Source: Botryllus schlosseri (lineage: Eukaryota). Taken from it: a stretch of DNA of 64,000 bases. Where the stretch lies: NCBI GenBank assembly GCA_051294905.1, contig CM119371.1:23376001-23440000 (forward strand). Reading direction: 5' to 3'. Shown piece by piece: positions 36,783 through 49,986 of this stretch (positions are counted from its first letter, which is position 1; every line of letters begins with the position of its first letter). Under the pieces are notes generated by a model, which ran no database searches, was not told the DNA's origin, and was given only the letters and a program-made list of their open reading frames with translations. The translations under genes were made by a program, and so were the position numbers.

Positions 36783-38862
36783 ACTCACCTCGTTTAATCT
36801 GATACTCGTGTACCAAATCCCTATTTTCCGCAAGTATGATAGAGGCTATCGCTCGACACTCAACGATTCGTAATTTTGCTGGAATACAAGTACAATTGGG
36901 GTTGAAAAGTAACTGATATAGGTGGTTATGTTTGTAGGATATTTACACTTCTACTTACCGCTTTTCATGAGAAACTACCTACTTTTAGGACTTTATATTT
37001 CAAAGTAGTTTGAGGTTACGTTTGTATCACCTTGATAAGTGCTATTATCAAAAACTGCTTTTGCTAAACTCTTACACTTTCACTGAACTTCAACACTGAA
37101 TCTTGTATAGTAGATAGAAAAGGAACACTATTAACATAAGGTAAGTGAGAAGCACGCAAATGTCGATTGCATACAAACAAACTGCGCTAACTTTCATAGT
37201 TGTTAAGTATAGAAGTACTCGTACTTCTTGAGAATACTCAAGTAGGTTTTTTGCCTACATGCACCACATAGTCTCAAGTCCTTATGATATTGGAGTACAT
37301 CAACTTCATGATAGCTAGAGTATTAAACAGTAATAGACCTAGAGTACTAACGTTTTACTTACTCGGAAATGACTACTTCTACCTTATTTTAAAGGGTACC
37401 TCGTTCGAAGCGAAAATGTACGTGGTTTTGGATAACATCCAAGATGTAGGCTCACTTTGACGGTTACTTCGTAAAACTCAAATATTGCGCAGTGAGAGTT
37501 CGCAAATTCTCGAAGTATTTTTGTTATTTTTATTGCGATAAGTCATTCTGCAGCGCGAAAATGCGTCGTTGGATATAGATGAAACTAGCACCACTCATCA
37601 AGACCGCTGAAAACAGTACGTTTCAACATTTAGTAGCAGTAAATTTCTAGTAAAGTACAAGACGTGATGATTTCCGACTGAGTTAAAAAGTAAGTATTGC
37701 AGGTATAGTTTACCTGAAAACCGAATACTCTGAAATAGAAGTAGCTGCAGTGTAAATAGTTAATCACTTGATTAAGTTTAGTGCAAGCAGATAAAACCTA
37801 TACTTGAGTAGTACAAAATGCACGAGTACTTCGCTATCGCCTCCCTCCACGTAATAAGTGACTACGGTTTAAGACTGCTTTTAGCGATACTCGTCGGTTT
37901 CAGTTTTAGATAGAATTCGGAAACCAAATAATTTCATAAACATAAGCTAATTTAATGAATTTACTCGAATGTACTATGCCGCGCTGATAAGAATAATTAT
38001 AATATACTTATCATGTTACAGCGATTTTTCTAGCGTGGAAAATCTTTAAAATGTAGTAAGCAGGCCAAATGAAGATATTCGTTGAGCTGAATAAACATAA
38101 AAAATACTCTAGACTACTTTATCGGTACTTTACAGTTTCAGTTTTAGATAAAATTTGTCCCTTTCACCTATAATTACAACTTCTCGCTATCTAAACATGT
38201 TTAGAATATATTATTTGCGATGATACGAACCCGTGAAGTACTCAAGTAGCTTTTCGTAGGATATAGATGAAACTGACAACACTCACCAAGACCGCTGGTC
38301 CACTGAAAAAAGTACATTGTAACAGTAAAGTCCTACTAAAGTACAAGAAGTAATGATTTCCCAGTTAGTTGAAAAGTAAGTATTGAAGGTATAGTTTGCT
38401 CGAAAAAACGAAAAACTCTGAAATAGAAGTAGATGCAGTGTAAATAGGTAATCACTTCATTAAGTATAGCGCAAGAAGGCCAAACCTATACTTGAGTACT
38501 GCAAAATGTACAAGTACTTCGCTATGTTCTCCCTCCACGTAAAAAGTGACTAGGTTTTAGAGTACTTTATCGGTACTCGACAGTTTCAGTTTTAGATAAA
38601 ATTTGGTAAGACTTTAAATTTTAAAGTAGTTTGAGCTTACGTTTGTATCACCTTGACAAGTAACATTATCAGACATGAAAATGATACTATCACCTAATAT
38701 AGAAGTTAACACGCGTCAATGTGCTTCGGAATTCACGAGAAATTGCTTACTAAGAGAAGTATATTCTTGTATACACAATAGTGGAGAGAATCTTTAAAAT
38801 GTAGTGAGCAGGCCGATGGGTATTCGTTTAGTTGTATAGGCATAAAAAACAGTCCCGCGCGC

Positions 38863-38908
38863 GCGCCTTAGTATTAGGTGGTAGGGTTAGGAAGTATTTT
38901 GTTTAAGA
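38863..38908. other. Central non-palindromic loop of the giant palindrome, telomere-like and G-rich
   Basis: GCGCCTTAGTATTAGGTGGTAGGGTTAGGAAGTATTTTGTTTAAGA lies between AGTCCCGCGCGC (38851-62) and GCGCGCGGGACT (38909-20). Confidence 0.9.
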
Positions 38909-41437
38909 GCGCGCGGGACTGTTTTTTATGCCTATACAACTAAACGAATACCCATCGGCCTGCTCACTACATTTTAAAGATTCTCTCCACTATTGTGTAT
39001 ACAAGAATATACTTCTCTTAGTAAGCAATTTCTCGTGAATTCCGAAGCACATTGACGCGTGTTAACTTCTATATTAGGTGATAGTATCATTTTCATGTCT
39101 GATAATGTTACTTGTCAAGGTGATACAAACGTAAGCTCAAACTACTTTAAAATTTAAAGTCTTACCAAATTTTATCTAAAACTGAAACTGTCGAGTACCG
39201 ATAAAGTACTCTAAAACCTAGTCACTTTTTACGTGGAGGGAGAACATAGCGAAGTACTTGTACATTTTGCAGTACTCAAGTATAGGTTTGGCCTGCTTGC
39301 GCTATAGTTAATGAAGTGATTACCTATTTACACTGCATCTACTTCTATTTCAGAGTTTTTCGTTTTTTCGAGCAAACTATACCTTCAATACTTACTTTTC
39401 AACTAACTGGGAAATCATTACTTCTTGTACTTTAGTAGGACTTTACTGTTACAATGTACTTTTTTCAGTGGACCAGCGGTCTTGGTGAGTGTTGTCAGTT
39501 TCATCTATATCCTACGAAAAGCTACTTGAGTACTTCACGGGTTCGTATCATCGCAAATAATATATTCTAAACATGTTTAGATAGCGAGAAGTTGTAATTA
39601 TAGGTGAAAGGGACAAATTTTATCTAAAACTGAAACTGTAAAGCACCGATAAAGTAGTCTAGAGTATTTTTTATGTTTATTCAGCTCAACGAATATCTTC
39701 ATTTGGCCTGCTTACTACATTTTAAAGATTTTCCACGCTAGAAAAATCGCTGTAACATGATAAGTATATTATAATTAATCTTATCAGCGCGGCATAGTAC
39801 ATTCGAGTAAATTCATTAAATTAGCTTATGTTTATGAAATTATTTGGTTTCCGAATTCTATCTAAAACTGAAACCGACGAGTATCGCTAAAAGCAGTCTT
39901 AAACCGTAGTCACTTATTACGTGGAGGGAGGCGATAGCGAAGTACTCGTGCATTTTGTACTACTCAAGTATAGGTTTTATCTGCTTGCACTAAACTTAAT
40001 CAAGTGATTAACTATTTACACTGCAGCTACTTCTATTTCAGAGTATTCGGTTTTCAGGTAAACTATACCTGCAATACTTACTTTTAACTCAGTCGGAAAT
40101 CATCACGTCTTGTACTTTACTAGAAATTTACTGCTACTAAATGTTGAAACGTACTGTTTTCAGCGGTCTTGATGAGTGGTGCTAGTTTCATCTATATCCA
40201 ACGACGCATTTTCGCGCTGCAGAATGACTTATCGCAATAAAAATAACAAAAATACTTCGAGAATTTGCGAACTCTCACTGCGCAATATTTGAGTTTTACG
40301 AAGTAACCGTCAAAGTGAGCCTACATCTTGGATGTTATCCAAAACCACATACATTTTCGCTTCGAACGAGGTACCCTTTAAAATAAGGTAGAAGTAGTCA
40401 TTTCCGAGTAAGTAAAACGTTAGTACTCTAGGTCTATTACTGTTTAATACTCTAGCTATCATGAAGTTGATGTACTCCAATATCATAAGGACTTGAGACT
40501 TTGTGGTGCATGTAGGCAAAAAACCTACTTGAGTATTCTCAAGAAGTACGAGTACTTCTATGCTTAACAACTATGAAAGTTAGCGCAGTTTGTTTGTATG
40601 CAATCGAAATTTGCGTGCTTCTCACTTACCTTATGTTAATAGTGTTCCTTTTCTATCTACTTTTCAAGATTCAGTGTTGAAGTTCAGTGAAAGTGTAAGA
40701 GTTTAGCAAAAGCAGTTTTTCATAATAGCACTTATCAAGGTGATACAAACGTAACCTCAAACTACTTTGAAATATAAAGTCCTAAAAGTAGGTAGTTTCT
40801 CATGAAAAAGCGGTAAGTAGAAGTGTAAATATCCTACAAACATAACCACCTATATCAGTTACTTTTCAACCCTAATTGTACTTGTATTCCAGCCAAATTA
40901 CGAATCGTTGAGTGTCGAGCGATAGCCTCTATCATACTTGCGGAAAATAGGGATTTGGTACACGAGTATCAGATTAAACGAGGTGAGTAAACTTAAGAGG
41001 TTATAAATGATTCTGCTGGAGTTTATATGAAGGGAAGTCCTGATAAAACCTAAACTTGAGAGGTTATTAGTGATTCTGCAGGAGTTTATATGAAGGGAAG
41101 TCCTGATAAAACCTTGATTATTTCAGAAAAGAATAGAGGGCTTCTTTCAATATTTTTATAGTCTCCGTCGTACTGTCGGATGTCATGAAATTGTATACAT
41201 CCCATCTAGTACTACGGAAAATGTCAAGGCTGGTACTCAATGGTTCTGTTAGTAATTATATGGAATGTGTGGGAATCGAATTGGAGCGTAAACTATGCTC
41301 CTATGGCATAGAGCCCTACGAAATGAGTCTACATACCCCGTAAAATTCCACTCCAAGCGCTGCGGCTTAGCTCAAGCGAAGAAGTATTTCGTACCTTAGT
41401 TGTCAAATCATCTTTCTGATGATAAATAAGCATAGGG

Positions 41438-41612
41438 AGAATTAATCAGAAAATTTTGTAGAGTACCGTAGGCATCGATACATTGAGTGAAATGGGCTTC
41501 CTTATCTTAAATTGAAACGGACAGAATTAATCAGAAAATTTTGTAGAGTACCGTAGGCATCGATACATTGAGTGAAATGGGCTTCCTTATCTTAAATTGA
41601 AACGGACAGAAT
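41438..41612 (+). repeat. 85 bp tandem duplication, right arm only
   Basis: AGAATTAATCAGAAAATTTTGTAGAGTACC... starts at 41438 and again at 41523; single copy in the left arm (~36245-36335). Confidence 0.92.
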
Positions 41613-41751
41613 AAATCGAAACAATTTGCAGAGTCCGGTAGGCTTCAAGACATAGCCCAGCCTGAGATTGCAGCCTAATAACGAGGGCATCAAGTGGAAT
41701 GTTATAGGAAGCAAGACGAATCATTGTAAAAGTGTTGAAACTTAATTACAT

Positions 41752-43307
41752 CTGTAATTCCATCACTAAAGTTGATCACGCATAGGTACGTGCTACGCTC
41801 CCGCAAACAGATTCACGCGAAGTTGGTATAGAACTGCGTTAGTTTTAAAGGTGTTTCATCATGAAATGTGTGATGAAATTTGATATGTTCCATTGTCATA
41901 ATGTCTTACACCCGTGAACCAATCTTCAAGTTGCGCATTCAATGTTTAGCTCGGTAATTCCGTTATTAAAGTTGAGTATGCATAGGTACGTGCTACGCTC
42001 CTGCGAAAGTCGGTATGGAACTGCGTTAGTTTTAAAGTTGTTCAATCATGAAATGCGTAACAAAATTTGACATGGTGCATTGTCATAATGTCTTACAACT
42101 GCGTAGTGAGTTTCAAGGTGGGGAGTCGATTATTAACATGGTAATTCCGTTATTAAAGTTCACTATGTATAGGTACGTGCTACGCTACGGAAAAACAGAT
42201 TTAGCCAAAAGTCTGTATAGAACTGCGTTGGTTTTAAAGGTGTTACATCATGAAATATCTGACGAAATTTGGTATGGTCCATTGTTATTATGTCCTACAA
42301 CTGCGTACCAACGTTCAAGGTGAGAATTTAATGTTTAGCATGCTAATTCTGTTATTAAAATTGACTATGTATGGGTATATGCTATGTTCACGAAAAATAG
42401 ATATGCGTAAAAGTCGGTATTCGACTGCGATAGTTTCAAAGGTGTTCCATCATTAGATGTATGATGAAATTTAGCATGGTGCATTACCATAATGTCCTAC
42501 AACTACGTATCAAGTTTAGAGTTGGGATTCAATGTTAAGAATGGTAATTCCGTTATTAAAGTTGGCTATTTATGGGTACGTGCTATACGCTCCCGCAAAA
42601 CAGATGTACGCAAAAAGTCGATGTAGAGCCGCGTTCGTTTTAAAGTTGTTCCATCATGAAATGTGTGATGGGATGTGGTATGGTAGGTTTGGATTTGGTA
42701 TGTCCTATAACCGCGTACCAGCTATAAAGGTAGGAATTCAATGTTTAACACAGTAAATCTGTTATTAAAATTGACCATGTATAGGTATATGCTATGTTCA
42801 CGCAAAACAGATATGCGTAAAAGTCGGTAATCGACTGCGTTAGTTTTAAAGGTGTTCCATCATTAGATGTGTGATTAAATTTAGCATGGTGCATTGCCAT
42901 AATGTCCTACATCTACGTATCAAGTTTAGAGTTGGGATTCAATGTTAAACATGGTAATTCCGTTATTAAAGTTGACTATGTATAGGTACGTGCTATACGC
43001 TCCCGCAAAACAGATGTACGCAAAAAGTCGATGTAGAGCCGCGTTAGTTTTAAAGTTTCTTCATTATGAAATGCGCGACGAAATTTGGTATGCTGCATAA
43101 TCACAATGTCCTACAACTACGTACCAAGTTTCAACGTGAGGAGTCACATATTACCATGGTAATTCTGTTATTAAAGCAGACTATGTATATGTAGACGCTA
43201 CCGAAAACAGATTTAGGCAAAAGTTGCTATAGAACTGCGTTAGTTTTAAAGTTGTTCCATCATGAAATGTGTGATGAAATTTGATATGTTGCATAATCAC
43301 AATGCCC
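41752..43307 (-). repeat. Mirror copy of the 8 x ~200 bp array (right arm)
   Basis: Reverse complement of 34550-36105. Confidence 0.92.
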
Positions 43308-46300
43308 CGGAGCTCATTTAGATACGTTTTTAATGTAGTTACACATTCTAGTTGTTTTGATGTAAGGACAAAATCATTCGATAACTCGATACAACTAGTT
43401 AACACGCGTTGATGTAACTTTCCTCATTTGTATGCATAGTCTACGCGAAATTGGTTACCTAATTTTTCGATTATATTTATATTCCGTATTTTATTTAAAA
43501 CTGAAACTGTTAAGTACTACTTAAAGTGTTATAAAATGTGAAAAAGTGTACAAGTAGAATTATTATTATGTCATGAATAAGTAGTTTACGAATTCATACG
43601 ATTTTTCTTGTTGCGTTCCGGGATAAAATGTAATTTTACGCTCTTTTTTATGTTTTATTGTTTCAATAAAATTAGTATTCATTTTACAAAAAACGTCGTG
43701 TAAAGGTAAAGTACTTGCACATTTCGTAGTGCTCAAGTATAAGTTTTTAAACTATTACCTTGATAAAATTTTCAGAATAGAGACTTTTGCGTAAAGTCTG
43801 ACTTGCATTTAGTTGCCAGCCCCGAAAGCAAGCAAAGTTTGTGGTATTTGCGCAACATCGAAAATCGATAAAGTAGTCTAAAACCTACTCAATTTGTACG
43901 TGGAGGGAGTACATAGCGAAGTACTTGTACATTTTGGAGTACTCAAGTATACGTTTGGCCTGCTCTCGCTATACTTAATGAATCATTCCTGTGTCATAAA
44001 CACTTGAGTAGTTGGTGTGTGTAGACAAAAACCTACTTGAGTACATAATTTTTATTTTTCGATAAAATTAGTATTCATTTTACAAAAACGTCGTGCAAAG
44101 GTAAAGTACTTGTACATTTCGGAGTACTCAAGTATAGGTTTTGTCAGCTTATTATATGCTCATTATAATATATGTCAAGAATTGTGGAGCATTTATGTAT
44201 GTCTCCAGGGTGCTCTTCATTGAGTGTCCGTGTTGGGCGATAAGTTTAATTCGCAAAATTAGTGTGTTCAAATCAGGCCTGTCGCCACATAGTGATGTCG
44301 AATTAGCCCTAAATACACAAAATAGAATATCAAGGAAAAGTATCATCTAACGTATAATGAATGTTATTTATTTCTCGGAAGCAAGTTATCATCAAAACAT
44401 AGTAATCAAAATTAACAAAATTTTCGGAGTACCGACTTATTTAGGTTAAATCTGTCATGCGCTTTGTTACTTACTCTGAAAGCAAGCAAAGTTTGTGGTA
44501 TTTGATCAGCATGGAAATTTTGGAACTTTGCGTTTAGGTGATATTGTAAACATGAGTTACTTAAGAACATTTCGACTCATAGGTGTGGGTAATTAAAAAT
44601 ACAGAGTATTAAAATAATTAATGTATCGATCACAATTCTGTCCAATATAAGTACACTTCTACGTAACGATTTTTCAGTAAGTAGTTATGTTTCTAGACTA
44701 CTTTCACTTCTATGTAGCGTGCTTTCATACAAATCTGCTTACTTTTATAACCTTATATATTATGAAGTAAAGATTAGTTTAAGGTTATGTTTGTATAACC
44801 TTGACGAGTGCTATTGTCTCACTCGATAACCATCTTTAAATCGTGGCTATCTCAATGAAGTTGAATAAATTTCTGGCTTCAGAATGCGCTAATTAGACCA
44901 TGTCGTTATAACGCTAGGGTTCGCGTACAGGCAGAGATAGTGTTTGTATGATTAGAGCCCGGCGAATCTCGCGCCTGCGGCTATACTTCGTTCGATTATT
45001 TTCGCCTTGGGATTTGCGTATATGCTACTGAAGCTTCGCACGGCGGCGGCTATAGTTCGTTTGATTATTTTTGCCTTGGGATTCGCGTATATGCTACTAA
45101 GCTGTTACGACTTTAGAAAATTCTACAAGACTATTCGGGCACCCGACGCAGCTTACATTATTACGTTATAAGACGCGGGCGGCGTTTCATACTGTCGGTT
45201 TAATCACCCTTATTCTAGTGACACGAAAAGGACTGAATCGTATGAAATGTGGTCACTACAAGAATCGAGCGAAAGCGCTGTTTCAATCCGTCTTGCATCG
45301 GTCACGATTAGTTTTACTTTTCAACTAACTTGGTGTCTGCCGTTATATTCATTAGACTCGCTTTCATGCGGCTAATTTGGTCCTATCATTATAACGTCGG
45401 GGATCGCGTACCTGCGGCGAAGGTGTTCGTTTAATTATAGCGACGAGAACCGGACCCCTGCGGCTAGTCCGTTGGCATTTTAGTGCTGAGTTAAATACCC
45501 TTATACTCGACATGCAAACATCATACGGGTAGCGGTTGTACTGCGAGCTGATAATAAGGCTTAAAATGTGGAGACCTCGGAAATCGAAACCGCGATCTGC
45601 CTGCACTCAAAATCGCATTTTATATTATTCTAGGGATTATTATTATCAAGTCGCATTTAAGTAATTAATTTACACATAATAGAAAATCTGTCGATTCTAG
45701 CCAAGGTAAGTTTTGACGCGGCAATCATGAGTCGTAAAATGTGGAAACTGCAGAAACCGTAACTTATACACATAAAATCAAGTTTAAAAAATATGGACGG
45801 ATGATATTAGTCCTAAATACACATAATACAATATCTGAGAAAAGTATCAAGATGCGGCAATCAATGCAGCGATGATATAGCAATGGATGGATGATGTGGC
45901 ACTATAGCGTGGCGCTTGATGATGTGGCACAGATGACGTAGCAGATGAATGTTCCCTTAGGGTATGAAAATGGGCGTGGCAATTATGATGACGTGGCGCT
46001 CTCTGATTGGTGCGTAACAAAATTCCTTAGCTACACTACTCGCGCTGTTCGAGAAAACAGAGGATTAGTATCGCATTTCCGTATCAATGCTATCATTTTC
46101 ATCCCATGACGTGGACGAATACTTATGATATCGAAAATTGGATACCTGCTGGTATGTATCAACATGAATCAAGCTTGTAACCTATCGCATAGCTCAATTT
46201 GCACCTTTTTACAATCCATGTGAACGAATTAGGATCGTTTTCATAACTACTTACTTACTTGAGTACTTTTAAAGTCAGTCAATTCTACTTCAACTTCAAG

Positions 46301-46769
46301 TAGTTTTAGGTTGCTTTAGGTTGCTTATGGAAGAAGTACTTTTACATCATCATTTACATCATCATTTAACGAAGTCAATATACCAACGGGAACGCCCGAA
46401 GATGTTTTATTATTATTTATAGGGCCTATCTATTCCAACACACCTCAGTCGATGAGCTCTACCGGTAAATCTGATTATCTGAGCAGAGAGAGGATAAAAA
46501 TTGATAGCAATATATATGCAATTCCCGATCATATTGACCGATTCAATCATGAGTTATATAAATTTTTCGCGCTTCGCGCTATTAGGCGACACAACCACTA
46601 AACTGGCACCCAATGTAGATGATAAGTACCGGAAAAAAGCTTAGAGCTCTAGGGTAGTTAGTGTTATCACCCTATGGAGGGCCTGGTTGCGCACTGTTGT
46701 CCAAGGGCCTGCGCAGTAAGTTGGCGTGTTTTCGCAGACTCGTGAAAAATTAGAGGGAACATTGCTCGT

Positions 46770-47731
46770 GACATTGCAATAACTCAATGTTTCTGTATTA
46801 CTTCTAATGTTTCTGTATTATTCACGAAGAATAACTGAGTGTGCAATTGTTACTGCACCCAAGACTTTGCCATCTTGGAGAAAGGCACACTTTAGGATCC
46901 CTTTTGAGCTACCTATAGGCATTTGCCATTCACTGGGCTTGTAAATTGGAATTCCCAACTCCTCCAGTAATCCATGGTAACGGTATCATGCAAATGCCAG
47001 TATATCACGTCAATTCACAAAGCTACCGAAAGTAGGCCTGCGAAGAAAAGGCTGTTTCTCCTGATCGAAAGTGAGATACCGTACACTACCTTGCCAAGTA
47101 ATCTTTTCTAACTTCATAAGGATGTTCAAAGTTCCGAAGATTTCTATTCCAAGTCCCAAAGCTATGTCAGATCAATAACTCGTGTTGATGGACTACTTTA
47201 CGTTCTGAATCAACTTCGATTGCGACCATCCTCATCATTTGACCTGCTATCCCCAAGATCTTCATCTTGATCCAAATTGTCGAGCTTATGGGACTTTCAG
47301 GTTGCTCGGATAAGGTGAATGGGGCATTGGAACTATAGCTGTTAGCAAATGTCACGTTTAATTTCCCTGCCATATCCTGCAGTTTGTATCAAATATGAGT
47401 GTGAAATATCCTCGGATGATTGCATCCTCTAACCAAAAATGGGTGAAAACATCGGCCTAGATCGATACCAGTAGCTTTTCCTACATAATTCAATCGAGCC
47501 CTTGACTATATAACTCATTATATGGTAAGAGTGTGGATTTCTATATGGTATGGAAAAGTAATATGCCTAAATTCACGAAAATTTGCATATTTTGGGGATA
47601 TATCATAGAGCTAAAAGTTGACGTGATAGAAGAAAACCAGTGGCATTTTTGGAATCAGCACGCCAGAATTAGCCTAAATCAAGTGCAAAATCAAAGTCAA
47701 CAGAATTTTCGCTCAAAATTGTTGCCCAGTG
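46770..47731 (-). mobile_element. Decayed DNA transposon with one intact end (tentatively Tc1/mariner-related m44 type)
   Basis: Minus frame YHGLLEELGIPIYKPSEWQMPIGSSKGILKCAFLQDGKVLGAVTIAHSVILRE*Y; terminus ...AAAATTGTTGCCCAGTG followed by TA. Family name is from memory and tentative. Confidence 0.65.
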
Positions 47732-49986
47732 TAATAAGTCACACGTATAATAAAATGATATACGTGCTTACTCTGACCTATAACAGCTTATTCAAATTGT
47801 CCTCGCCCATGTGGCTAAACCCGAATGGTCTTTTCATAATATCGAATCAAATTACATCGTCTTTGTCTACAGTACAATATCCAAGCTGTCTACCCTACAA
47901 TGTATGCGCAGAGCGAACGTCGCATGATCACGACTAAACGAAGGGGGGCATAGAAATATGACTTATTTCGTCGTTAGATTCATGGTTCTAGCTGATTTTA
48001 ACTGTATTCAAGCTGTCAATCATCGCATTTTGGCGACTTCCGTTTTTTTTGCGGATGAAAGTGTTGCCCTATCACCCGCAAATATAATGTATATTGTATA
48101 TACATACTTGATAATGAAGGATTCCAGTGCAAAGCAATGGAATTCGGAATAATTTGGCTAGTCCGGGCCGCAGGCGGTCAAAATGTTTGAATCCGGCCCG
48201 CGAACCCAGTTGAGTTTGACGCTCCTGGTTTAAGGCGTAGTCAGACTATCGCTACATTGATATTGGACTGACTGAAAAACCATGGGAAAGATTCACAGTG
48301 CAGAATCTATCAAGGTTAGTTTGAGAGCGCGAAACTCTAAATTTCTGAAGACCACAAGTTCACTGGTGGGTCACGCTCACGACCCACTGGTTGAGAAGCA
48401 CTGATCGAGTTGATACATCTGTTGATGCTTAAAAAGTCAGCTTGTAGTTTAGCATTGTGGCATACTATTGCATGAGTCGTCGTGTATCGTGTTTATAAAT
48501 ATATTGCTTTATTGAAATGCAGGGTTCGAAGTGGCAATATGACGTCACGTGACGTCGCAGATTCGTGTTCACGTTCGCCTTTACACAAAACCTTTCTGGA
48601 GTTCACACCATTCCTACAGTGTAAAGTGGTTTTCGAATGGAGGATACATTTTACCGCCATTATTGAATTCTATAATGTTTATGTATTGTCAAGAAAACAG
48701 CCAAAAACTTCGTTCTCATTTCATGGCATCTATATCGGCGTTACAAAAATACTTTCAGATGTTAACTTCACACTTTTCTGAGTTTTAACCGCTTGTTCAT
48801 TCATTTTCCCTTCATAGTGAACGATTTCGATGTGGAAAGTATTTCCTGTTTTCTTCTTATTGCGCATGTGTTTTTGCAAACTCTCACTGGTCCGTGGCCA
48901 CTCACCTTCTAGTCACGCCTGGAATACGATAGTTGGTGATGGCGAATTAATATAATTTTCCACCTTAAATGCTGTTCTTTTATAATATGGTTTGTATTTC
49001 GAATTAAAATAACTCATTATAGTTACAATCTTTCGACATATGGTATACAGTCAAAATCGTTCGACATATGGTATACAGTCATTTTCTCAGGTAACCAAAC
49101 AATTAAATCATGGTACCGCCATCTCGCTATCTTGAGGGGTTTGTAATCGCACGCATTAGCATTTTATTATGATAAACGTTTGCCGTTATTTCAGGAGGTG
49201 CCGCATCCATCTGTCATGTTTTTATTCAAACAGATTAAGGATTTTTGAGTAAACAAGTGTTTACTGGATTCAAGCAATACAACGCACAATTCAATCGATC
49301 AAGTGGGATGTACGTTGCTTGCCTGATGGTATTTATTCACTAAAGCAATAACGGCTTAACGTAGACGGTACTATGCGGTAGTTTGTTAGATGTTCTCATA
49401 GCTGAGTGAATTGCTCGATCCACATTATCACCGTCTAATTTGTTTCGGGATGCTACTTATAGTTAGGTTATGAAGTTCATGTCAGTTGCCGACTATCTCA
49501 GAATATTAGTAGTTTTTTTAGGCATCAGGAAATATAGTTTGTGATTTGGGAGCTGGTAGTGAATGCACTGGAAGTAATTGGCAGTCAGGCAACCTTTTAG
49601 CAGCGTTAACTCATGTTAACCGCAATTTATTTTTGTAATGCTGTAAAATAATGGATGATGAAACTAAATATAACATTCCACAATCGACTCGGATCACATC
49701 ACCCTGGTAGTCACTAAAAAGGTGTGGTATATAATTATGAAATCAAAGTATATCCAAACAAGGGGTTCCAAAACTGCTTTTTGGTAGTTTGTATGTGATA
49801 TTCATGGTGCTTTTTGACTACAATGTTCGTGTTCATTTATATCACGCCAATACTCCTTATTATGATTAGCATTAGCATGGCTCACTTCTAGGCGTTTTAA
49901 GACACCGCTTTCGCGGATCAGATTGCTGGGAGAAGCATAGATAAACCTTCAACGTGTGGGAAGGGGTTCTAGGGTCGATCTAAGAC

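Larger units (their letters stand above)
30948..46040. mobile_element. Giant (~15.1 kb) non-coding palindromic element with AGTAGT/ACTACT termini; putative non-autonomous foldback or Maverick/Polinton-related element
   Basis: Left arm 30948-38862 is the reverse complement of right arm 38909-46040. Mirrored ORF pairs confirm it (31383-31625/45364-45606, 34452-34676/43181-43405, 35534-35809/42048-42323). 46 bp spacer. The palindrome is certain; its class is inferred, and no 6 bp TSD is present. Confidence 0.75.

Noticed and set aside
31105..45606. Short mirrored ORFs inside the palindrome as genes
   Set aside because: All are under 100 aa, arise from repeat units, and show no recognisable domain or any polymerase, integrase or capsid motif.
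30948..46040. Palindrome as a fold-back read or missed-adapter assembly artefact
   Set aside because: The arms differ by an 888 bp recombinant deletion, an 85 bp duplication, a ~21 bp indel and substitutions, and the loop does not resemble a SMRTbell adapter. Read-level confirmation is still advisable.
25115..46764. One large composite hAT element from CAATGTTCCCTCTAA (25115) to TTAGAGGGAACATTG (46764) enclosing the palindrome
   Set aside because: The left end already pairs with 25601 with a 7/8 TSD, and the flank after 46764 (CTCGTGAC) matches TTCATCAC poorly.
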